Source: Acidimicrobiia bacterium
GTDB taxonomy: Bacteria > Actinomycetota > Acidimicrobiia > Spongiisociales > ZC4RG35
DNA: 45,272 nt
Reading direction: 5' to 3'
Assembly (NCBI GenBank): GCA_041746755.1
Contig: JBGTGL010000035.1
Coordinates: 1-45,272, forward strand
Below the pieces are notes generated by a model. The model worked only from the letters and a program-made list of their open reading frames with translations, ran no database searches and was not told where the DNA came from. This document shows positions 17,009 through 26,183 of this stretch, piece by piece; the first letter of the stretch is position 1; the number at the start of each line of letters is the position of its first letter. The position numbers were made by a program, and so were the translations under genes.

Positions 17009-17679
17009 CGTGATGCTTCCTCCAGCGGCCTCGACAGTCCGACTCCGGCGACCAGTAGGGCCAAGTCGGTGGTGATAAGAAGCAGTATCCAAATCAGGAT
17101 ACCGCTGTTTCGTTCCATAGCTTCCAGGATCTGAGATCCCCCGAGGATCACAGGAATGACGAGCGGAGCGACGATCAACGAGGCCAACGAGGTTCTGCTT
17201 CTCGTGCCAGCGGCAACCTCCCCGGCGAGAGTGGAGAGGGCAGCCAGCCCGATAGCGGTCAGAAATAGGGCCGCGGCCTGCGGTCCCACCCATCCCATCG
17301 GGAGTTCGGGGGCGAAGAAAAGGACCATCGTGAGAAACAGGATGGCCATGAAGGCCACGATGATCAGGGCCGATGCGGCGGTTCTGCCCAGAAAGCGGGC
17401 GGCCGGGTCGAGCCCGAGGAGAGCCATCAAATCGCGCCGGGTGGGGCTTTCCAGCGCCGCTGTGCGCAGAGCGAGCTGCATCCCGAAGAGAATGCTGATC
17501 GCCCAAAACACTGCAGGTCCGACATTGCGAAGGACGGCAACCTCGCCACCCATGGCGAGCGAGAAGATAATCAACGTCACTACCGCAAAAGGCAAAACGA
17601 TCCGGAATGTGTCGCCCGTTCGCCTTTCCACCACGAGATCCGCCCGCGCCACCTCTCGAATCTGAGTAGAGAGGCTCAT
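17005..17679 (-). CDS. ccmB: Haem exporter permease CcmB
   Basis: 224 aa with six hydrophobic segments. Its position is directly after ccmA with a 4-nt overlap. Confidence 0.85.
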   Translation of the reverse strand: MSLSTQIREVARADLVVERRTGDTFRIVLPFAVVTLIIFSLAMGGEVAVLRNVGPAVFWAISILFGMQLALRTAALESPTRRDLMALLGLDPAARFLGRTAASALIIVAFMAILFLTMVLFFAPELPMGWVGPQAAALFLTAIGLAALSTLAGEVAAGTRSRTSLASLIVAPLVIPVILGGSQILEAMERNSGILIWILLLITTDLALLVAGVGLSRPLEEASR

Positions 17680-18320
17680 GCGAACCCCTCTAGCCGCCCC
17701 GATGCCAGTCGTCGTTTGTGCATGAACCGATCGCCGAGCTGGGAGGTCTGATGGGAGACGCCAACCACGATGCCCGACTTGTTGAGAGTCAGCCCGACGA
17801 GGGCGTCGACCAGCTCCCTTGCCTCCACATCGAGCCCGCTCTTCGCCTCGTCGAGAAGCAACAGCTTTGGTTTGGACACCAGTAGCCAGGCGATTTCGGT
17901 GCGTCGGCGCATCCCAAAACTCGAGTCTCCCACCCGGCGGTCCGCGGCCTTTTCCATTCCAACCACTTCGAGGGCACGTAAACAGTCTTCGAAAGGATTA
18001 CCCGACAAGCGGGCGAAGTGAAGAAGGTTCTCCGAGATCGTCAACTCCTCGATGAGGGCTGGCGTATGGGTGATCAATCCGATGTCCGAGCGCACCTGGC
18101 GGATTTCGGGGCTCCCAATGTTTTGCCCGAGGATCGAACCCTGGCCACGGGTCGGCTTCAGTAGCGTGGCGAGGAGACGGAGGAGGGTGGTCTTCCCGCT
18201 CCCATTGGGACCGACTACCGCAAGAGACTCTCCGCCGGACAGAGAAAGAGAAACCTCGATAAGCACCGACTTGCCGCCGAGGACGACGTCGACATCGGCC
18301 AGTTCTACTGATGCCGTCAC
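17676..18320 (-). CDS. ccmA: Haem exporter ATP-binding protein CcmA
   Basis: Walker A GPNGSGKTT and Walker B LLLLDEA. The signature loop is degenerate (SSFGM). The GTG start overlaps the argH stop (GTGA). Confidence 0.85.
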   Translation of the reverse strand: MTASVELADVDVVLGGKSVLIEVSLSLSGGESLAVVGPNGSGKTTLLRLLATLLKPTRGQGSILGQNIGSPEIRQVRSDIGLITHTPALIEELTISENLLHFARLSGNPFEDCLRALEVVGMEKAADRRVGDSSFGMRRRTEIAWLLVSKPKLLLLDEAKSGLDVEARELVDALVGLTLNKSGIVVGVSHQTSQLGDRFMHKRRLASGRLEGFA

Positions 18321-19672
18321 CGCTCATCCAGTAGCGTTCTGAGCCGATCGATCTGTCGCTCCGTGTCCTCCGGTGACCCCGCTCCGTGCCCTGAAGGCCG
18401 GCTCGCCCCCGATTTCAAGCGTTCCAGAGCAGCCGGCCCGAAAGACGGCGAAGCAGCGAGCAGGGATTCAAAACTGTCTTCGCCGGCCAAGGAGCGTTTC
18501 ACCAGATCGCCCACGATGGCATGGGCTTCCCGGAAGGGGATGCCTGACGCCACCAGCCACTCGGCGAGATCGGTTGCACCGAGCAGCGGATCGGATGCGG
18601 CCTGCTCCATCCGGACGATGTCGAAAGTTGCGGTCTCCATTGCTCCGGCCAACGCGGGGATGATCTGAGTGATCGTGTCCACCGAATCGAAGAGGGGCTC
18701 TTTGTCTTCCTGGAGGTCCTTGGAGTATCCCGAGGGCAGTCCCTTCAGCGTGGTCAGGAGGGCAGTGAGATTGCCGATCAGCCGACCCGTCTTCCCTCTT
18801 GCCAGTTCGGCAGTGTCAGGGTTCTTCTTCTGCGGCATCATCGACGATCCGGTTGCAAACCCGTCGTCGAGCTTCATGTACCCAAACTCTGAGGTGCACC
18901 AGAGGATGATGTCCTCGGCAAGCCGACCGAGATGGACTCCGAGCAGTGCAAGGTCGAACAAGACCTCGGCGACGAAATCGCGGTCTCCAACCGCATCGAT
19001 GCTGTTGTCGAAGGTCTTTTCGAACCCGAGATCGTTGGTGGTAGCTGCGACATCGAGAGGAAGGGTGCTGCCTGCAATAGCGCCCGCCCCTAGCGGGGAA
19101 ACGTTGACCCTGTGGCGGGTGTCTGCCAGACGCTCGATGTCTCGCTGTAGCGACCACGCATAGGCGAGCAGGTGATGGGCCAGCGAGACCGGTTGGGCCC
19201 GCTGTAGATGGGTGTAGGCGGGCATTGCGGTTGTCCCCATCGAGTCGGCCTTGTCGACCAGGGTTGTCTGCAGAGCTCGGACCAACTCGGAGACGTTGTC
19301 GATCGACGCCCGGGTGAAGAGTCGAAGACCGGTGACCGACTGGTCATTTCGACTGCGTCCCGTATGCAGCTTTGCCCCTGCCGGCGTGAGATCACTGACG
19401 CGTCGCTCGACAGCGGTATGGATGTCTTCATCGGACGGGGCAAAAGCAAAGCTCCCGTCGACAATCTCGTGTTCAACCTGATCCAACGCCACCAGGAGGT
19501 CAGCTAGTTCGTCGTCGGAGATCAAATTCACCGATGCCAGCATTCGGGCGTGGGCCCGAGAAGTGGCGATGTCCTCAGCGTAGAGTCGGCGGTCGAATCG
19601 GAGACTGTCGCCGAGTAAACGCAAGCTGTCGTCGCGTTCTCCATCGAACCTTCCGCTCCAAAGAGTCGGCAC
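18317..19672 (-). CDS. argH: Argininosuccinate lyase
   Basis: 451 aa. LWSGRF at the N-terminus, TGRSRNDQ, YTHLQRAQP and GSSMMPQKKNPD (the fumarate-lyase signature). Confidence 0.95.
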   Translation of the reverse strand: MPTLWSGRFDGERDDSLRLLGDSLRFDRRLYAEDIATSRAHARMLASVNLISDDELADLLVALDQVEHEIVDGSFAFAPSDEDIHTAVERRVSDLTPAGAKLHTGRSRNDQSVTGLRLFTRASIDNVSELVRALQTTLVDKADSMGTTAMPAYTHLQRAQPVSLAHHLLAYAWSLQRDIERLADTRHRVNVSPLGAGAIAGSTLPLDVAATTNDLGFEKTFDNSIDAVGDRDFVAEVLFDLALLGVHLGRLAEDIILWCTSEFGYMKLDDGFATGSSMMPQKKNPDTAELARGKTGRLIGNLTALLTTLKGLPSGYSKDLQEDKEPLFDSVDTITQIIPALAGAMETATFDIVRMEQAASDPLLGATDLAEWLVASGIPFREAHAIVGDLVKRSLAGEDSFESLLAASPSFGPAALERLKSGASRPSGHGAGSPEDTERQIDRLRTLLDER

Positions 19673-19673
19673 G

Positions 19674-20888
19674 TCATCCCCGCTTTCGTGCCAGATTGCG
19701 AAGTCTCAAGGCGTTGATTCGGATGAATCCTGTCGCGTCCGATTGGGTGTAGGCGCCGGCGTCATCTTCAAAGGTGGCGACAGCCTCGTCGAACAACGAG
19801 CCGTCGGAACGTCGCCCGACGACAGTCACCGATCCTTTGTAAAGCTTTACTTTGACGGTCCCGGTGACGGGAGTCTGACTGTGGTCGATGGCTTCTTGGA
19901 GCATCATCCGTTCCGGGCTCCACCAGTAGCCGTTGTAGATCATTTCAGCGTATCGGGGCATGAGATTGTCCTTGAGATGGGCAACCTCCCGATCCAGGGT
20001 GATCGACTCCAGAGCCCGGTGAGCCTTTATCAGGATTGTTCCCCCGGGAGTCTCGTAGGCACCACGGCTCTTGATTCCCACGTACCTGTTCTCGACGATG
20101 TCGATTCGTCCGATCCCATGGGTTGCCCCGAGATCGTTGAGCGTCGACAGCGCCTGGCCCGGAGTCAGGTCGACACCGTCGACCGCGGCCAGATCTCCAT
20201 TCGAGAAGGCGACATCCACATACTGAGGTTGGTCCGGCGCAGCGTCCGGGTCGGCTGTCCAACGCCACATTTCTGCGGGGGGCTCGTTCCACGGGTCTTC
20301 GAGTGGCCCGCCTTCATAGGAGATGTGCAACAGGTTGGCGTCCATCGAGAACGGTGACTTCGAGCCCGGCGACATCTCGATGGAGATTTCCCGGTCCCGG
20401 GCATAGGCGAGAAGGGTGGCGCGCGAGTTGAGACTCCACTCCCTCCATGGGGCAATGATCGCTATATCCGGGTCGAGTGCATACGCGCTCAGCTCAAATC
20501 TGACCTGATCGTTTCCTTTGCCCGTGGCACCGTGGCTGATGGCATCAGCTCCATGTTGGTGGGCCAATTCGACGAGCCGCTTGGCAATGAGTGGCCGGGC
20601 GATCGAAGTGCCCAATAGATACTCGCCCTCGTAGACTGTGTTGGCCCGAAACATCGGAAAGATGTAGTCGCGGGCGAATTCTTCGCGGAGATCCTCGACG
20701 TGGATCCTTTCCTCAGGAATACCCATCGAGATAGCCTTCTCCCGGGCTCGCTCGACTTCATCGGGTTGGCCAAGGTCGGCTGTGAAAGTGATCACCTCGC
20801 ACTGATAGGTTTCCTCGAGCCACCGAAGAATCACAGAGGTATCGAGGCCGCCCGAAAAGGCGAGAACGATTTTGTTGATGGCCGACAT
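19674..20888 (-). CDS. argG: Argininosuccinate synthase
   Basis: 404 aa. [10 protein letters not shown] (PP-loop), [24 protein letters not shown]. Confidence 0.95.
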   Translation of the reverse strand: MSAINKIVLAFSGGLDTSVILRWLEETYQCEVITFTADLGQPDEVERAREKAISMGIPEERIHVEDLREEFARDYIFPMFRANTVYEGEYLLGTSIARPLIAKRLVELAHQHGADAISHGATGKGNDQVRFELSAYALDPDIAIIAPWREWSLNSRATLLAYARDREISIEMSPGSKSPFSMDANLLHISYEGGPLEDPWNEPPAEMWRWTADPDAAPDQPQYVDVAFSNGDLAAVDGVDLTPGQALSTLNDLGATHGIGRIDIVENRYVGIKSRGAYETPGGTILIKAHRALESITLDREVAHLKDNLMPRYAEMIYNGYWWSPERMMLQEAIDHSQTPVTGTVKVKLYKGSVTVVGRRSDGSLFDEAVATFEDDAGAYTQSDATGFIRINALRLRNLARKRG

Positions 20889-20927
20889 GATGTTCGGCGC
20901 AGTCTGGCAGCCTGAAAGGGGATATGG

Positions 20928-22556
20928 TCAACCCGTGGTGCCGGTTCGCAGGTAAGGAATTGGCTGTTCGGGGAGGGTCAGCGAACCTCGCAACATGGTC
21001 ACACCGTCTTTCTCTAGCCATTTCCAAAGGAGGTCGACCTCTTCGGCGATATCGACCGACGGCGCCACGTCCCCGGACTCATGGTGATGGAGGGGAATCG
21101 GTTGAAGTTGCGCGGCGTCTCGCCCGTTCCACGATGAAACGAGAGAGCCGTGGTCAATCATCGCGCCATCACCGCGATCGTTCTCGGCAACGATGACCCC
21201 AGCCGCCTGAATTGTGGCCCAGCGTCGTCGTCGATCGAGGGCCCGGGCCAGAGCGGTGTGGCGATCACGGGCCCAGCCCGCCTCCTCGTATCTCCGGTCC
21301 AGGCTGAGCCGGGACATCTTCGACTCCAGCGGTTCGAGCAGGACGGTCGGGTCATGGTCGAGCCCGACGAGCAGCGTGTCCACGACCTTCTGATAACTCA
21401 CCCGGTCAAGCTCACCATCGCATGGACACATCGCGACGCCGAGTTGGGCACCGGCGCAGGGGCCCTGCCTCGAACCCGGCCTCGTCCGACATCTTCGAAT
21501 CGGGAGACTGTCCCAAAGCGCCGTCATCACCAGGTCGGCAGCATTCTTTGATCGAAATGGGCCGAGGTGGCCGAGGGCATCATGCTTTACGGTGCGGACG
21601 ACAGACAGTCGGGGAAATTCTTCGCTGGTTATCCGAACAAAGTGCGAGCTCTTGGGCGGCTTGCTCCGTCGGTTGTGTCGCGGCCGATGAGCGTGGATGA
21701 GGCGAACCTCCGTCACCTCTGCCTCGATAACGGTGGAGCAAACCTGATGCTCGATCGAGGCAAGTTCTCGCATCATGTTGGTGATCGACTTCCTGGTATC
21801 TCCGTAGAAATATTGACGGACCCGTTGACGAAGGTTCGAAGCCTTCCCAACATAGATGACGTTGCCGTGGCGATCCCGAAACAGGTAGACACCGGGAGCC
21901 CGGGGAAGCGAATCGGCCAGTCGGATCTTTTTGTAGAAGGCCGAGCCACTCGCTTTGGGTAGAGCAATCAGGTCGTCGATGTTGGTCACGCCCAGGGACC
22001 CGGCGCGTTCGAGGAGTCCGTGAAGAACGTGTGCTGTTGCCTGGGCGTCGGCCAGAGCCCGGTGATTCGGCGTGACCGGAGACCGGAAATGGGCTGCCAG
22101 AGAACGAAGCTTCAGGTTGCGAACCTCATTTCGCACCAACCGGCGGGCCAGCGACGCGGTGTCGACTGTGACGTTGCCGAGGCGGGGGTAGCCAAGACGT
22201 TCGGCGGCTGCGTTGAGGAAGGACATATCGAAGCGGACGTTGTGTCCCACGATCACCGAGTGTCCGATGAATTCGAGAAAATCGGGGAGTGCGGTTTCGA
22301 TCGTCGGAGCGTCGACCACCATGGCGTGAGTGATGCCGGTCAAAATGGTGATCGAAGGCGGAATCGGCGCCCCGGGGTCGACGAGAGTTTGGAACGAGCC
22401 AATCTCCTCTCCATGTTGATATTTGACGGCACCGATCTCAGTTATTTCACAATCCCGGGCGGACCCGCCGGTGGTCTCGAGGTCGAGGATGCAAAATGAC
22501 ACCTCAAACAAAGGCGTTGACAACTCGTCAAAACTGGTTTGGAAGGGAAGTGGCAT
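20928..22556 (-). CDS. DEDD (DnaQ-like) 3'-5' exonuclease fused to a GIY-YIG (UvrC/Cho-like) nuclease domain
   Basis: 542 aa. ILDLETTG (Exo I), VGHNVRFD (Exo II) and HRALADA (Exo III), followed by GVYLFRDRHGNVIYVGKASNLRQRVRQYF (GIY-YIG). The architecture matches M. tuberculosis Rv2191-type proteins. Confidence 0.85.
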   Translation of the reverse strand: MPLPFQTSFDELSTPLFEVSFCILDLETTGGSARDCEITEIGAVKYQHGEEIGSFQTLVDPGAPIPPSITILTGITHAMVVDAPTIETALPDFLEFIGHSVIVGHNVRFDMSFLNAAAERLGYPRLGNVTVDTASLARRLVRNEVRNLKLRSLAAHFRSPVTPNHRALADAQATAHVLHGLLERAGSLGVTNIDDLIALPKASGSAFYKKIRLADSLPRAPGVYLFRDRHGNVIYVGKASNLRQRVRQYFYGDTRKSITNMMRELASIEHQVCSTVIEAEVTEVRLIHAHRPRHNRRSKPPKSSHFVRITSEEFPRLSVVRTVKHDALGHLGPFRSKNAADLVMTALWDSLPIRRCRTRPGSRQGPCAGAQLGVAMCPCDGELDRVSYQKVVDTLLVGLDHDPTVLLEPLESKMSRLSLDRRYEEAGWARDRHTALARALDRRRRWATIQAAGVIVAENDRGDGAMIDHGSLVSSWNGRDAAQLQPIPLHHHESGDVAPSVDIAEEVDLLWKWLEKDGVTMLRGSLTLPEQPIPYLRTGTTG

Positions 22557-22572
22557 GCACTAGACCGGGTTC

Positions 22573-22588
22573 TCGAACATATGTTCGA
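22573..22588. promoter_or_regulatory. Perfect LexA (SOS/Cheo) box TCGAACATATGTTCGA
   Basis: 16-bp perfect palindrome matching the Gram-positive/actinobacterial consensus TCGAAC-N4-GTTCGA. It lies 16 nt upstream of the nuclease ATG (22556), in the divergent intergenic region. Confidence 0.8.
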
Positions 22589-22646
22589 CAGCCTACCTGA
22601 CCATCGGGACAGTTTCTGACAGTCGGGAAGGGTTAACCTCCGCTGC

Positions 22647-22871
22647 ATGGAATTGAAACGGCTCGGAACCTATTCGTCGTCCGCCGAGGCCAACCTGGTG
22701 CGGGCCAAACTCCAGGCCAACGGGATTGATGCCATCGTTCAAACCGATTCGGCCTCCGGCGTCATCCCCGAGCTGGAGGCTTATTCCGGAGCCAAAGTGT
22801 TCGTCCGGGATACCGATTTCGCTGATGCCCTCGAGGTCATGGAACGATTGCTCCCTTCGTCCACTGACTGA
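22647..22871 (+). CDS. DUF2007 (putative signal-transducing, PII-like fold) small protein
   Basis: 74 aa. The pattern EANLVRAKLQANGIDA...V.V...DFADALEVM is typical of DUF2007. Confidence 0.65.
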   Translation: MELKRLGTYSSSAEANLVRAKLQANGIDAIVQTDSASGVIPELEAYSGAKVFVRDTDFADALEVMERLLPSSTD

Positions 22872-22877
22872 ATCGCG

Positions 22878-23660
22878 ATGGAATTCGACATATCTTCGCC
22901 CAGCAATGAACGGGTGAAACGTCTTGTCAACCTGCGGGACCGCAAGCATCGGGACCGTGAGCACCTATTTCCAGTTGAAGAGCGGCGGGTGGTGGAAAGA
23001 GCGTCGGCGCGAGGAATCGATCCGACCGAGGTGTATTGGTGCCCCGACCTCGTGGAACGCCCTCCAGTCGAGAATGTACCGGCGGTTTCGGTGAGCGTCG
23101 ATGCCATGAAACGGGCGTCGTATCGGTCCACACCCGAGGGCTCGATATCGCTGTACAGCTACTTGCCTACCGGTCTCGATCAAATCGACGGCGGGAACAA
23201 CTCCCTCGTGCTGGTGGCCGAGGGTCTCGAAAAGCCGGGCAATCTGGGAGCTTTGCTCCGCGTTGCCGACGCCGCCGGAGTTAGCGGTGTGGTGGTGGTG
23301 GACGAAAGGGTCGACCCCTTCAATCCCAACGTGGTGAGGAGCTCCACCGGTGCGATCTTTACGGTTCCCCTGGCGCTGACTTCGTTTGATACCGCAACTG
23401 AATGGCTCCGTGAGCGGGAGTACAAGTCGGTAGCTGCTGTGGTCGATGCTGCCGAGACGCTGTGGGACGCCGATCTGACGGGATCGTTGGCGATCTGGGT
23501 GGGGGCAGAATCACCGGGCCTCAGTCCACGTGCGGTTGACTTCGCCGATCGAAAAGTGGCGATTCCAATGAAGGGGGCGACTGATTCTTTAAATGTTGCC
23601 GTCTCGGCGGGGATTCTGGTCTATGAGGCAGTCCGCCAGCGCGCCGGTCAGGCCGAGTAA
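22878..23660 (+). CDS. TrmH/SpoU family RNA 2'-O-methyltransferase
   Basis: 260 aa. The SpoU motifs are present: LEKPGNLGALLRVADAAG, WVGAESPGLS and IPMKGATDSLNVAVSAGILVYE. Confidence 0.9.
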   Translation: MEFDISSPSNERVKRLVNLRDRKHRDREHLFPVEERRVVERASARGIDPTEVYWCPDLVERPPVENVPAVSVSVDAMKRASYRSTPEGSISLYSYLPTGLDQIDGGNNSLVLVAEGLEKPGNLGALLRVADAAGVSGVVVVDERVDPFNPNVVRSSTGAIFTVPLALTSFDTATEWLREREYKSVAAVVDAAETLWDADLTGSLAIWVGAESPGLSPRAVDFADRKVAIPMKGATDSLNVAVSAGILVYEAVRQRAGQAE

Positions 23661-24244
23661 GTATCGAAATGGAGGGTCTCGGTAAGAGGACGCGTGCCCC
23701 GATCCAGGCTTCCCGATTTTCGATCGGGAGCCGGGTAGCCCACCGTGATAACCCCAATGGGTTGTTGATGGTCGGGGAGCGTGAGAAGGACTTTCAATTC
23801 GGGTATCGAGTGAACCCCTAGGAAGCCGGCAGCGAGCCCCTCATCGACCGCCGCCAACAGAACGGCCATCATCGCCGCGCCGGCGTCGATCCACCAATAG
23901 GGGACCGGCCAATCGATCTCGGCTCCCTCCTCATCTAACTTGTCGGCTTCCCGGTAGCGATCGTGGTAAATCTCCTCGCTGACTGATAAGACGATGTGGG
24001 CCGGGGCGCGCGAGATCCAGGGATCAAAACCCGATGCTACGTATTCGGATTCGCCGGCGAGGCCGGCGATCCGGAGCCGGCTATCCGGATCCGTGACGAC
24101 CACCACGGATAACCCCTGCGAGTTTCCGGCGGAGGGAGCGCGCAGAGCCGATGCTGCGACCCGGGCCAGTACTTCTGAGTCGATGTCGTCGGAAAGATAA
24201 TTTCTCACCATGCGCCGCCGCCGCAGTACATCTTTGAACTCCAT
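23648..24244 (-). CDS. Nitroreductase family protein
   Basis: 198 aa. RRMVRNY...LRAPSAGNSQG near the N-terminus is the characteristic FMN-binding motif. Confidence 0.8.
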   Translation of the reverse strand: MEFKDVLRRRRMVRNYLSDDIDSEVLARVAASALRAPSAGNSQGLSVVVVTDPDSRLRIAGLAGESEYVASGFDPWISRAPAHIVLSVSEEIYHDRYREADKLDEEGAEIDWPVPYWWIDAGAAMMAVLLAAVDEGLAAGFLGVHSIPELKVLLTLPDHQQPIGVITVGYPAPDRKSGSLDRGTRPLTETLHFDTYSA

Positions 24245-24329
24245 CGTCCGATTATGTCACAGCCAGAAGAGACGATCAGTGGCACTCCGGCGTTTGGCCC
24301 GGGGTTCTGTCACAATCGGATGGAGAGAG

Positions 24330-25229
24330 ATGACCGCGATATCACAATCGACGAAAAATGTCGTGTGGACGAGGGGCAACGGGTGTTTCGAGTTGGCCTC
24401 TGTCTTGACGGACGGTGAGACTCACCGGGTCGACGGTGACCTGGCCGAAGGATGCATCCATCATCGAGCTGACTTCGTCGTCGCCAAAAAGATGCCCGGC
24501 TCATTCGATCTCGCCAATATTGCGGTGCCTGTGGACTTCGATCCGGACCGGGTCGGTCAGGTGTCGGCAACTGTGGCCGGCGGCCCTCACTCCGAGCTGG
24601 CAGCGATGACGGCGCACCACATATCTTCGAAGTTGGGAGTGCCTCTCGAAGTCGTGTCGGCGCACCGCGATGCCGATGACCTCGGGGCGGCGATGGAGGT
24701 GGTCGGGTACTACGGGGCCATGTTTCCCGAAGCAGGTCGGCGTGTAGTCCAGGCGAGCGACATGAATGAGCTGGCTGAAACCGCCGATGACACCTCGCTC
24801 ATCGTTGTGGGTGCACCGGGTGGCGCCTGGTTGAGGCGCAACCGTTTTGGCCGCGGTACCCGGATCAGAGGCGCGGCCCCCGCCGGGGCGGTGATGGTCC
24901 GATCAGCTCCCGACAGGGTGTATCGCTTCATGTCCGAACCCATCTACGTAGCCCCCCTGCTCCAGGCCGCAGACACGCTCCGTCTCCACAGTCAGAAGAT
25001 CCTGGCCGTTGCCGAGCGGGGCCGGCTGGTTGGAGTGGTTCGCAGAGAAATTCTGGCAGAGATTGGGACCGGGACCGTCGCCTCGGTAATGGAGCAGCCT
25101 TTGTCCGCCAAGGTGGACGAAACGATCGAAGAAGCGATGGTCCTCGGAGACACGTTCGGCGATGACCCGATTCCGGTGACCGACCACTCCGAAAATCTTG
25201 TTGGTGGTTTGTCGTTGCCAGCGGCCTGA
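24330..25229 (+). CDS. Universal-stress-like plus CBS-pair domain protein
   Basis: I start it at the ATG at 24330, after GGAGAG. The central segment SLIVVGAPGGAWLRRNRFGRGTRIRGAAPAGAVMV resembles a USP C-terminus. The C-terminal ~110 aa have a CBS-like pattern (ILAVAERGRLVGVVRREIL...PIPVTD). Confidence 0.5.
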   Translation: MTAISQSTKNVVWTRGNGCFELASVLTDGETHRVDGDLAEGCIHHRADFVVAKKMPGSFDLANIAVPVDFDPDRVGQVSATVAGGPHSELAAMTAHHISSKLGVPLEVVSAHRDADDLGAAMEVVGYYGAMFPEAGRRVVQASDMNELAETADDTSLIVVGAPGGAWLRRNRFGRGTRIRGAAPAGAVMVRSAPDRVYRFMSEPIYVAPLLQAADTLRLHSQKILAVAERGRLVGVVRREILAEIGTGTVASVMEQPLSAKVDETIEEAMVLGDTFGDDPIPVTDHSENLVGGLSLPAA

Positions 25230-25250
25230 GATGAGGCAGAATCACACCTC

Positions 25251-26162
25251 GTGACGTCACGATCATTCTTTCGAGGACTTTTCTGGTCCCTTGTTGCGCT
25301 AGCACTGCTGTTCTATGCGGCCGGTGGCTGGTACTTCTCCGGCCAGCTGATTGACGATGCATTTGTCATCGACGCCGATCCGGTAACCGTCTCTTCGGGC
25401 GACTTCGAACTCGAAGAAGTCGAATACGAGACGGAACTCGGAGCGATGGACGCCTGGTATCTGCCCGCCGACGGCGATACTTGGGTCATCCACGTACACG
25501 GCCTAGGCACTACCCCCGCCGAAGCCGAACCGATGTTCACCCCACTTCAGGACGCCGGATACCCGCAGTTGGCCATTACCTATCGCAACGACGAGGGCCA
25601 GCCGGAAGACCCTTCTGGCTACTACCAGTACGGGGTCACCGAGTACAAAGATGTCAGCGCGGCCGTCGAGTATGCACTGGCCAATGGGGCCGAGCAGATC
25701 TTCTTCAATTCCTATTCGACCGGCGCTGCGCACACCCTCGGCGTCATGTATCGGGAACAGCGGGATCGCGTCATCGGCGCCCACTTCGACTCCCCCAATA
25801 TCAATTTCAGCGAGACGGTCAATTTCAACGCCGCCCAGAGAGATTTGCCCTTGTTGGGCCTTCCGGTGCCATCGAGTCTGGCTGAGGTCGCCAAGTTCAT
25901 CACTTCGCTTCGGATCGGAGTGAGTTGGGGTTCTCTTGATTACATCGATAACGCCGGAACCAGTCTCATTGTCGAGGTCCTCGTCCATCATGGGACAGCC
26001 GACCAAACGGTTCCGATTTCAACGAGCATCGATTTTGCCGACGCCGCGCCGGCGCTGGTCCATCTCATTCAGGTTCAAGGCGCCGGGCACGTCGAGTCGT
26101 ATGACACCGACCCGGATAAGTACGTCGATGAGGTATTGACTTTTCTCGAGGCGGTCGATTAG
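25251..26162 (+). CDS. Membrane-anchored alpha/beta hydrolase
   Basis: 303 aa. N-terminal TM, HVHGLG (oxyanion region), NSYSTGA nucleophile elbow, and late HHGTADQTVP and GAGHVE. Confidence 0.65.
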   Translation: MTSRSFFRGLFWSLVALALLFYAAGGWYFSGQLIDDAFVIDADPVTVSSGDFELEEVEYETELGAMDAWYLPADGDTWVIHVHGLGTTPAEAEPMFTPLQDAGYPQLAITYRNDEGQPEDPSGYYQYGVTEYKDVSAAVEYALANGAEQIFFNSYSTGAAHTLGVMYREQRDRVIGAHFDSPNINFSETVNFNAAQRDLPLLGLPVPSSLAEVAKFITSLRIGVSWGSLDYIDNAGTSLIVEVLVHHGTADQTVPISTSIDFADAAPALVHLIQVQGAGHVESYDTDPDKYVDEVLTFLEAVD

Positions 26163-26183
26163 AACCGTAACCCGCCTCTAGAG

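Noticed and set aside
16298-17506. 402-aa version of CcmC
   Set aside because: The N-terminal 166 aa are Arg/Gly/Pro/His-rich and overlap ccmB in another frame. The internal ATG at 17008 forms an ATGA junction with the ccmB stop and gives a normal-length CcmC.
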